Shown: piece after piece, positions 9,832-17,698 of the stretch | Position numbering within the stretch: the stretch's first letter is position 1 | Layout of the letters: every line of letters starts with the position of its first letter | Origin: Bdellovibrionales bacterium | GTDB lineage: Bacteria > Bdellovibrionota > Bdellovibrionia > Bdellovibrionales > UBA1609 | Assembly: GCA_020850475.1 (NCBI GenBank) | Contig: JADZEO010000011.1 | Location: 10,764 to 74,763 of the forward strand | DNA length: 64,000 bases | Reading direction: 5' to 3' | Program-made: the position numbers and the translations under genes | Notes under the pieces: model-generated | The model's input: the letters and a program-made list of their open reading frames with translations, nothing else | Told to the model about the DNA's origin: nothing | Databases searched by the model: none

Positions 9832-10147
9832 GATCTGACATAAAGTAGATATCTCTTGTTATCGGAAAAATCTGGGACCGGCGTAATGGACCAGAGCGAA
9901 AGACCTGTCTGGTGCGTTGCACCTTGTACCAATTCGACTCAGCTTTTGAATCAGCCTCATGATGAGACAGAATTCGTATCAAATTGGCTCTCTTTGAGTT
10001 TGTTTCACTCGCGTTGAGGGTTACAAGACTTTGAATTGTTAAGAGAAACCCACGAGGAATCCATAACTGTTAAGAAGTTGTTAGTATATAATGAAAGCTA
10101 AGATCCTCTTTAGAATTTGTGAGTCGGCGGACGAGAGGATGAGGATA

Positions 10148-13100
10148 ATGAAGGTGCGCAGTAACAGACTTGAACTTATACTAGCCCTCGTTGTCTTGCT
10201 GGCGATCAGCGCCTGCGGGGGGCAGCCCACCGAGGATCTCGACGAAATCCCTCCCGTCGGGGATTTGGCCGCACCAGTTATTTCCGCAATCTCACCGGTG
10301 GGCCCTGCCAATAACAACAATCCAGTTGTAAGTGGAACCAGTTTTGCAAACGCGCAAGTGTTTGTCTTTTCAAATAGCTCGTGCTCGTCTCTGGTTGGGT
10401 CAGGGGTTGCCGATGGATCAGGTGCCTTTGCGGTGGCAGCCTCGGTTGCTGACAATTCCAGTGTGAGTCTTTTTGCCGCCGTGTCGGATGGTGCGGTGTC
10501 CTCGCCTTGCTCGACCACCTTTGCATCTTATGTTGAAGACTCGGCGGCGGCGGCGCCTATCCTCAGCGGCACGACGCCAGGAAGTCCTTCGAGTGTCAAC
10601 ACCCCGTCGGTTTCTGGAATTACGGAACCCAACGCCACGGTGTCCTTGTTCTCAAATGCGAGTTGCTCGACTCTGTTAGGCTCGGGTGTCGCGAACGGCA
10701 GTGGTTCGTTTGCCATTTCATTGACAGTTTCTTCGGACACTTCATTGAGTATCTATGGCCGCATTGTCGACTCGGCCGGTAATACCTCGGCTTGCACGTC
10801 GTCGGCGCTCAATTACATCGAGGACTCCACGCCTCCGGCGGCTCCCACCCTGACGGGGACCTCGCCAGTAAGTCCTTCGAACAACAACAATCCCAGTGTC
10901 GGAGGTTCTACCGAGGCTGGCGCCGGGGTAGCAGTCTATTCGGACTCTTCTTGTTTGACTTTAGTGGGAACAGGAACGGCTAATGGATCGGGAAATTTTG
11001 TTATTCCAGTGACGGTCGCAAGTGATGCCACCTCAAACTTCTACGCCAAAGCCAGCGATTTAGCTGGGAACATTTCTGGTTGTTCGGTGTCCACGATCGC
11101 CTATGTCGAAGACTCGACGCCTCCGGCGTCTCCGAGTTTTGTGGGAACCACTCCGGCCAGCCCGGCCAATCAAAACAGTCCTGCGGTTTCGGGAACTACG
11201 GAGGCGAGCGCCGCGGTGACGTTCTATTCGGACTCAGGTTGCACCACCTCAATTGGTTCGGGAGCAGCAGACATTAGCGGCAACTTTTCAGCTACGGCTT
11301 CGGTGGCGGATAATTCCACGACCAGCATCTATGGAAAGTCAACAGATGTGGCAGGGAACACGTCGGCCTGCTCGGCGAGTTCCATTTCGTATGTTGAGGA
11401 TTCGCTCGCTCCCTCGGCGCCGACGCTCAGTACGAGTACCCCCATAAGCCCATCCACCAACAGCGCTCCTCTCATTGGCGGTACGGCGGAGTCCGGCAGC
11501 CTTGTGACTTTGTACAGTGACGCAAGTTGCACCGCTTCGTTGTCATCGGGCACGGCCAACGGACTCGGAAATTTTGGCATTTCAATTGCGGTTGCCGAGA
11601 ACTCGACGACCACAGTTTATGGTCGAGCCTCTGATAGCGCGGGCAATCTTTCCGCTTGTTCGTCAACCTTTGTTAACTATGTCGAGGATAGTTTTGCTGC
11701 AACTCCGGTTTTGTCTAGTACTTCACCCGTGAGCCCCTCAAACAACAATAGCCCGAGCGTAATGGGAAGTGCCGAGGTGGGCGCCACGGTATCTTTGTAC
11801 AGTGATTCCAGCTGCTCAACCCTTCTTGGCTCTGGTGCCACTGATGGAGTCGGGAGCTTTTCAATTGCAGTGTCTTTGGCAAGTGATGCCACAACCAATA
11901 TTTACGCCCGCGCAGTTGATGGCTTGGGCAACATCTCGGCCTGCACAAGTTCCTTCTTAACTTACGTTGAAGATTCAACTCCTCCAGCCGCTCCGAACTT
12001 GGTGAGTTCATCACCACTGGGACCAGCGAATAATAATTCGCCGACAGTTAACGGTACGGCAGAGGCGGGAGCGACGATCCACCTTTTTTCGGAATCGAGT
12101 TGCACAACCCAAATCGGTACCGGCAGCGCCACTTTTGGCGGAACCTTCGCGGTCGCAGCCACAGTGGCCAATGACTCTGTCACCTCGATTTATGGCAGAG
12201 CAATCGATGCGGCCAATAATTCGTCGTCTTGTTCGTTGACGTCGGTGTCCTATGTCGAGGATTCGACACCTCCGGCAGCTCCGACGGTAACCAATACCAC
12301 ACCGGCGACTCGAGCCAACACCCAAGCTGTTAGTGTGGAAGGAACGGCCGAGGCAAATTCCAGTTTAGTCATTTACTCTGATGCGGGCTGCACCACTACG
12401 GTCGCAAGTAGCTCAACTTCTGGCGGTGGAACTTTCTCTGTTGGGATCACTCCACCCTGGAACACCGTCGTGAGCTATTACGCCAAGGCCACAGATGCCG
12501 CTGGGAATGGGTCGGCCTGCTCAGCGACTTCGGCAAGCTATGAGGCTTATACCATTCCCGCAGGGATGGCAGTCCTTCAGGGAACTCAAACCAACGCTCC
12601 CACGACACCGACCAATCTCAATCAGTCGACCGCATACTCAATGCAGTGGAGTTCTTCTGATATTGACATGAATTATTATCAGCACTCCACGACCACCAAC
12701 TCTCATCAGCTGAAGGTCTTGGTGGCGGGCGATTATTTGGTTTCGTTTAATCTCCCGGTCACGGGAACTGTTACCAATGGAAGCGTTCGATCAGTCATTC
12801 GGGTTAATGGCGTGGCAGTTAATGGCAGCCAGGCTCAGTCGAGCTACATGGCGATTGGGGCAGCTGGTCACAATCAGTCTTCAAATCAAGTGGCAATCTT
12901 GGTTCCGAGTTTGGTGGTGAATGACATTATTGATGTAACGGTTGAGACAGGGGGGATTGCCGGGACTATCACCATTCTTGAAAAAGCAACCGTGACAGCT
13001 GAATTTGTTTCGTCGGCCCGAACAATCTTTACCGCGTCCGCCACTCAAACGACAAATTCTACGAATTTGAATCAAACAACCGCTTATCCGCTCAAGTGGA

Positions 13101-13909
13101 CCTCGGGCATTAAGGACTCTGGATTTACTCATGACAACGTGATCAATCCAGGCAATATCACCCTGGACGCAATCGGCACTTACGTCGTGCACGTGAATAT
13201 TCCGGTAACGGGGACTATCGCGAATGCCAATGCCAAACTTGTTGTTAAGCTCAATGGCATTACCGTTCAGGGAGGTGAAGCTCGCCAAGGATATCTTTAT
13301 GCGAGCGGTGCCAGGTCATCAGTTGCTTGGTCGGGGGTCGTAACGACGTCCTCATCTAACTCGATTTTAACTCTTGAGACCACGTTGGAAGCACGCGCAG
13401 GGACGGTAACAGTAGTTGGGGGTATGCAAGCGTCCGTGTTCATCGAGAGTTTGGCGTCGAGTTCGAATGTGCTCTCAGTGAGTGGCACCTCGTTGGTAAG
13501 CGGGACGAACTTCAATACCACATCTAGTCCAATCCAATGGACAACTAGTAATTTGATCGATACGGGCATCTACTCGCATTCGACCGTTCTCAACTCGCAC
13601 CAGATCACCGTACTTACTTCTGGTGACTTTGTGGTTATGTTTAACTCGATGGTCACTTCGGCGTTAGTTCGATCCAACTCTCAAATGAGGGTCCTGGTGA
13701 ACGGAGCTCCTGTCATGGGGGGACGGACAGACTCTTTCTATTTGAGAAATGCCAACGGTCACAATGAATCTTCGGGAGTGATGCTCTATCACCTGCGGCG
13801 ATTGAATGCCAACGATGTGATCACTTTTACCAGCGAGCAAGAGGCGGCAGCCGGAACAGCAACCAGTCCGGCGACGGTTGTGACGCTGATTCACAAACCC
13901 AATCCTTGA
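10148..13909 (+). CDS. giant repeat-rich surface lipoprotein (8 Ig-like repeats + 3 C1q/BclA-like jelly-roll modules), putative adhesin/fibre
   Basis: Lipobox LLAISAC directly after MKVRSNRLELILALVV. A purine-rich RBS precedes the ATG at 10148; the track ORF starts at 10091 and another ATG lies at 10139. The 1254-codon ORF has strong internal periodicity. Confidence 0.85.
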   Translation: MKVRSNRLELILALVVLLAISACGGQPTEDLDEIPPVGDLAAPVISAISPVGPANNNNPVVSGTSFANAQVFVFSNSSCSSLVGSGVADGSGAFAVAASVADNSSVSLFAAVSDGAVSSPCSTTFASYVEDSAAAAPILSGTTPGSPSSVNTPSVSGITEPNATVSLFSNASCSTLLGSGVANGSGSFAISLTVSSDTSLSIYGRIVDSAGNTSACTSSALNYIEDSTPPAAPTLTGTSPVSPSNNNNPSVGGSTEAGAGVAVYSDSSCLTLVGTGTANGSGNFVIPVTVASDATSNFYAKASDLAGNISGCSVSTIAYVEDSTPPASPSFVGTTPASPANQNSPAVSGTTEASAAVTFYSDSGCTTSIGSGAADISGNFSATASVADNSTTSIYGKSTDVAGNTSACSASSISYVEDSLAPSAPTLSTSTPISPSTNSAPLIGGTAESGSLVTLYSDASCTASLSSGTANGLGNFGISIAVAENSTTTVYGRASDSAGNLSACSSTFVNYVEDSFAATPVLSSTSPVSPSNNNSPSVMGSAEVGATVSLYSDSSCSTLLGSGATDGVGSFSIAVSLASDATTNIYARAVDGLGNISACTSSFLTYVEDSTPPAAPNLVSSSPLGPANNNSPTVNGTAEAGATIHLFSESSCTTQIGTGSATFGGTFAVAATVANDSVTSIYGRAIDAANNSSSCSLTSVSYVEDSTPPAAPTVTNTTPATRANTQAVSVEGTAEANSSLVIYSDAGCTTTVASSSTSGGGTFSVGITPPWNTVVSYYAKATDAAGNGSACSATSASYEAYTIPAGMAVLQGTQTNAPTTPTNLNQSTAYSMQWSSSDIDMNYYQHSTTTNSHQLKVLVAGDYLVSFNLPVTGTVTNGSVRSVIRVNGVAVNGSQAQSSYMAIGAAGHNQSSNQVAILVPSLVVNDIIDVTVETGGIAGTITILEKATVTAEFVSSARTIFTASATQTTNSTNLNQTTAYPLKWTSGIKDSGFTHDNVINPGNITLDAIGTYVVHVNIPVTGTIANANAKLVVKLNGITVQGGEARQGYLYASGARSSVAWSGVVTTSSSNSILTLETTLEARAGTVTVVGGMQASVFIESLASSSNVLSVSGTSLVSGTNFNTTSSPIQWTTSNLIDTGIYSHSTVLNSHQITVLTSGDFVVMFNSMVTSALVRSNSQMRVLVNGAPVMGGRTDSFYLRNANGHNESSGVMLYHLRRLNANDVITFTSEQEAAAGTATSPATVVTLIHKPNP
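10241..12538 (+). repeat. eight tandem 95-96-aa (285/288-nt) coding repeats, bacterial Ig-like (Big_3-type) with a conserved Cys pair
   Basis: The YVEDS(T)PP(A)AP motif recurs at nt 10529, 10814, 11102, 11390, 11678, 11963 and 12251, with the array ending at 12539. Each unit has the pattern xxSP..NNN.P.V.G..E....V.(L/Y)(F/Y)S..SC......G.A...G.F......(A/S)....(S/N)(I/F)Y....D.AGN.S.CS. Confidence 0.85.
12545..13906 (+). repeat. three tandem ~148-150-aa modules, C1q/TNF/BclA-C-terminal-like jelly-roll (by pattern)
   Basis: The T-N-(L/F)-N-x-(S/T)-(T/S) motif recurs at nt 12611, 13061 and 13505. Each module shows G(D/T)Y(L/V)V..N..VTG........V..NG..V.G......(S/N)....  then ..ND(I/V)I. This is the spacing pattern of C1q/BclA-type heads. 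Confidence 0.65.
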
Positions 13910-13914
13910 TCAAT

Positions 13915-14667
13915 TTACCAAACCGGCCATTGGGGGCCGGTGTAATTCCAAGGTACAGATCCGCCTCCCTTGCCGCCGGCAAACGACATACTAAAAAGAA
14001 GGCCCCCATAAAAATCAAAAACGGAATGAGTGTCAGCGGCTTCGTACTCATAATTTCGCATTCCACCGACGAGACTGAGCCCGAAGACTCGACCAATGTT
14101 GACTTTGGAGCTCGCGCCAAAATAACGTTTGGCTTCGGCCTTTGCGGCGTTGAATTCACCGGCTGCAATCATGCTGCCGGCCTCAAGCTCAACTAGGATG
14201 CTCATTGACTTTTCGCGAACGTAAAACTGGATGGTGCCTACACCTAAGGTGATGGGTTCGGTTTGGAGCTCATAAGTGCTGGCCCCTTGGACGTCGAAAA
14301 AGATGGACTGTTTTTGCAGACCCTTGATGGCAATCGAGAGGTTTTCCCACATCAATCGTACCCCGGCAGCGGCATCCACGCGCGAGATTTCGCTTGTGAC
14401 CAAGGTTCGAGTGGGAGGGGCTGCGTATTTATCGGCTGAGTAGTGTCCCTCGAAAAAGACTTCGAAACTTTGGCTGCCAAAGCCCAGTTCACCGAGAGCA
14501 AAAGTACCGGCATCCGAGAGCAGAGTAAAGGCAGCGGTACTCGAGCGATACTCGAGCCGCGAGTAGGAGTATCCACCTCCGAGTTCAAGTCGAAACGCGG
14601 CGCTCGCCATTTGCCAGGAGAACGAGAGCGCGAGCAAATTCAACAGGCCCCAAGCGATTCCCTTCAT
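13915..14667 (-). CDS. outer-membrane beta-barrel protein (hypothetical)
   Basis: Signal peptide MKGIAWGLLNLLALSFSWQMASA. The sequence shows alternating hydrophobic/aromatic beta-strand patterning throughout. The start overlaps the S8 protease stop by 4 nt (ATGA). Confidence 0.6.
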   Translation of the reverse strand: MKGIAWGLLNLLALSFSWQMASAAFRLELGGGYSYSRLEYRSSTAAFTLLSDAGTFALGELGFGSQSFEVFFEGHYSADKYAAPPTRTLVTSEISRVDAAAGVRLMWENLSIAIKGLQKQSIFFDVQGASTYELQTEPITLGVGTIQFYVREKSMSILVELEAGSMIAAGEFNAAKAEAKRYFGASSKVNIGRVFGLSLVGGMRNYEYEAADTHSVFDFYGGLLFSMSFAGGKGGGSVPWNYTGPQWPVW

Positions 14668-17072
14668 CGTTTTACTCCTACTTGGTCAATCGTGAAGCCC
14701 GCTGCTTCAATCGAACCGTCGGTAATAAGCCGGAGCCTCAAAGTATCACCTTCGGCCGTGGGTGACCAGGCCTGCCCCGGTCGATCGGTCCACATCCCAA
14801 TGAGATTATTATTGGCGTCCAAAAAAATGAGACGATCGTAGCCGCGTTCAACTTCAAACTGGCTAAAGCGAACGGCCACCATCTTAGCCCCGGGGATTTG
14901 AACTTCCCAGATTTGATCGGTTTGAGCCCGGTAGGGGTGGGGAGTGGCGATGGTGGAGGGCTGACCTTCCCACCTTCCGGGATCGTTGGGGTCCTCGGGC
15001 GAAGTTTGGTTCAATACCGTGTTGAGCAAATTGAGAGTGCCGCCAGAGGAAATTTTGTTCCGCAACGCCAGCAGCGGAGAGCTGGTGCGCTTAATTCGAT
15101 CTTTGATCTCGATGGGGGTGAGCGCGGGATTTTGGCCGGTCACCAGGGCCGCTGCGCCAGCGACAAATGGGGCGGCCATTGACGTTCCCGACCAAGATTC
15201 ATAGTTGCCTCCGGGAGTCGAGCTCAAAATATTTTGCCCGGGTGCTGCCACGTCGACCGAGCGAGCCCCGTAGTTGGAGAAGTTAGAGAGGCGGCCCCGA
15301 TTATCGATGGATGCAACACTCAACATATTGGGGAGTTGATAACTCACAGGATACTCAGGCCGAGCATCAAGGTCCTCTCCAGAATTGCCGCTTGCGACGA
15401 CAAATAGACTTCCCTTGAGGCCTGCTTCCTTAATGGCGTCGCGCAAAATTTCAGAATACTCACCTCCGCCCCAGGAGTTGTTGGTGATACGAGCTCCCAT
15501 TTTGGTGGCATACTGAATCGCTTGAACAGCTCCTGCGAGCGAACCGCCGCCATAACCTCCGAGAAATTTCAACGCCATGATTTTGGTTTGCCAAGCGACT
15601 CCGGCGGTCCCAACGGCATTGTCGCCCTGAGCGGCAATAATGCCAGCCACATGAGTTCCGTGACCATTGTCATCGAGCGGTGTGGGACGATTGTTTAGAA
15701 AGTCATAGCCGTTGATATCATCGACATAGCCGTTACCATCGTCATCGACCTTGGATTGACCCTGGGCTTCAGCTTGGTTAACCCAGGCGGAGCTTGCGAG
15801 CTCGGGGTGGGAAAAGTCAACTCCGGTGTCAATCACCGCGACCGTGATTCCTGGAATCGAGTTGCTGTGATCCCAGGCTTGCTTGGCTCGGATGTCAACC
15901 CCCGCAATGCCCTTGACTCCTCGAGAATCCAATTGGCCTCGATTGTCGAGAGCCCAGCTCTCGGTAATTCGTGGGTCGTTCACTTCACGGTGCGGGTAGT
16001 AGAGAAAATTTGGTTCAACAAGTTGTATCTGCGGCCGGTGGGCAAGCGCACGAACAACTTCCGCTGAGTCGAAAACCTGGGCCATTGGTAGTTTCAGCAG
16101 GAGATAGTGTTCGGACAGAGATTCAACTTTTCCCAACTGTTGGAGGTGGGTCTTAAGAGCGAGCGCGGACAAGGGAGAAATTTCTCTTCGTATTTTGATA
16201 ACAAACTCATTCATAAGGCGCGAGGGGCGCGGGTGTTCTCCCCAGCTTTTGAGTAACTCATTTGCCCGGTCGCGGAAGTGGCGATTTTCCACCCGATATC
16301 CCCAAGCCAGACGGTCGGGGGTCAGGCCAAGAAAGGTTCGCAAGAGTTGCACGGCCGCAGTCTGCTTTCCGCCTTTGTTGAGAGTAACTGCATACCCATA
16401 ATTGACGGATCCTAAGCGACTCACGCCAGGAGTTCCGGCAACCTCAGTGCCTCGTACCGCTATTTCGAAATGCTTTAAAGCCGTGGCCGAATCTCCCTGG
16501 ATTAGGGCTCGGTCCGCCAAGGCCCGGTGGGGAGCAAAATCAGAGATGTGCCCGAGGCCAGCCTCAATTGTGGCCGTGAGTAAACGCTCCACCTCCCGCC
16601 ATTCAGCGGCGTATCCTCCGCCGCTCTCGCGAATCCAGCCGAGCGTATTAAAGGCATGAAAAGCAATGAGATCCGCAAATATCTTGCGGCCGCGATCGCC
16701 TAAACTGGCATTGCGAAAGGGAGTGCGTCCATAGGTGCGGTCAAACCAAATCAGCGCCCGTTTGCCGGCGGCAAAGCCATCCATAAAGGTGCTCGCCTTA
16801 TCATTCGTTTCGGCTTCGCCAATAAAGTAGTTGGCTTGGAGGTAGCGAGCGGCCGCATACTGTCCCTCGAGATCGTCAATAAATTTGGTGACAACTTTTT
16901 CGTAATTGTAGCGAGCATCTTGAGCCGACTTCAATCCTGGTCCGGCATAGTCGCGGAGGGCAAATTGTTCGTCGGCCCTTTCGAGAATGCCATTGTAAGC
17001 ACCGTGCGCAACGCAGGTTACCAACAAGCTACATAAAATTGCGACCCATTGACCAGAGGTCCGTTGACTCAT
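14664..17072 (-). CDS. S8 family (subtilisin-like) serine peptidase with long N-terminal extension, I9-like propeptide and CUB-like C-terminal domain
   Basis: Catalytic triad motifs VAVIDTGVDFSHPEL (Asp), HGTHVAGIIAA (His) and GTSMAAPFVAGAAAL (Ser). Signal peptide at the N-terminus and a GAGGA RBS. Confidence 0.95.
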   Translation of the reverse strand: MSQRTSGQWVAILCSLLVTCVAHGAYNGILERADEQFALRDYAGPGLKSAQDARYNYEKVVTKFIDDLEGQYAAARYLQANYFIGEAETNDKASTFMDGFAAGKRALIWFDRTYGRTPFRNASLGDRGRKIFADLIAFHAFNTLGWIRESGGGYAAEWREVERLLTATIEAGLGHISDFAPHRALADRALIQGDSATALKHFEIAVRGTEVAGTPGVSRLGSVNYGYAVTLNKGGKQTAAVQLLRTFLGLTPDRLAWGYRVENRHFRDRANELLKSWGEHPRPSRLMNEFVIKIRREISPLSALALKTHLQQLGKVESLSEHYLLLKLPMAQVFDSAEVVRALAHRPQIQLVEPNFLYYPHREVNDPRITESWALDNRGQLDSRGVKGIAGVDIRAKQAWDHSNSIPGITVAVIDTGVDFSHPELASSAWVNQAEAQGQSKVDDDGNGYVDDINGYDFLNNRPTPLDDNGHGTHVAGIIAAQGDNAVGTAGVAWQTKIMALKFLGGYGGGSLAGAVQAIQYATKMGARITNNSWGGGEYSEILRDAIKEAGLKGSLFVVASGNSGEDLDARPEYPVSYQLPNMLSVASIDNRGRLSNFSNYGARSVDVAAPGQNILSSTPGGNYESWSGTSMAAPFVAGAAALVTGQNPALTPIEIKDRIKRTSSPLLALRNKISSGGTLNLLNTVLNQTSPEDPNDPGRWEGQPSTIATPHPYRAQTDQIWEVQIPGAKMVAVRFSQFEVERGYDRLIFLDANNNLIGMWTDRPGQAWSPTAEGDTLRLRLITDGSIEAAGFTIDQVGVKR

Positions 17073-17081
17073 GATTTGTCC

Positions 17082-17501
17082 TCACTTGGCGGTCGAGTGA
17101 CAGTTTAAGAACGCCCCGACCAAATCGCTATCATCGCGAGAAATCTTGAAGGTGTAAGTTCCATCGGCGAGTGCCGGAACATCGGCGCCGGCATTGGCCC
17201 CGTCGTATTTAAGATTTACGATCAATTGGTTAACATCGCCAGGACCAGCCAAACCGGGATAGTAAGCGACCAACAAGCGATTCTTTAGGTGGGTGGCTTG
17301 AAAGGCATCAGTGAAGGGTTCGGTGAGATCAAAAGTAAATGGTGCAAGCTTTTCGACCGCTGGAAAAGTGTCTTTGGCAACGACCTCCCAGAAGCAAGTG
17401 ACTTGACCACTCTTAAAAGCCAACGCCTGTGGGGCGTGAGCCATGAGCGTAAAAAAAGCCACCAGGGTCAGGACAAAATAGCTGAGTATTCGGTTCGTCA
17501 C
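17082..17501 (-). CDS. small secreted protein, first gene of the S8 protease operon
   Basis: Signal peptide (FVLTLVAFFTLMAHAPQALA) and two Cys residues, one near each end of the mature protein. The stop is 9 nt before the S8 start. No family recognised. Confidence 0.6.
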   Translation of the reverse strand: MTNRILSYFVLTLVAFFTLMAHAPQALAFKSGQVTCFWEVVAKDTFPAVEKLAPFTFDLTEPFTDAFQATHLKNRLLVAYYPGLAGPGDVNQLIVNLKYDGANAGADVPALADGTYTFKISRDDSDLVGAFLNCHSTAK

Positions 17502-17698
17502 TTCTCTCTCCCTTGCTAGAAGTTTTTTTTCGATCTACTAAGCTTACTCTGACTCACCTCGATTTTGGCAACTGGTTTGCGCATCGCTAGCTGGGTGGGT
17601 GAAGTGGGGTGGGGGGATGGCGAGCGCACCGTGTCCAAATCCTTCGTCGCTGATCGAAGTGTTAGGTTTTGGTTTAAAACTCCGGTAAGGTAATCGGC

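Noticed and set aside
10241-12538. Regularly spaced DNA repeats that might be mistaken for a CRISPR array or mobile repeats
   Set aside because: The period is 285/288 nt, the repeats are in-frame and diverged, and they lie within one long ORF. They are protein-domain repeats, not repeat-spacer units, and no cas genes are present.
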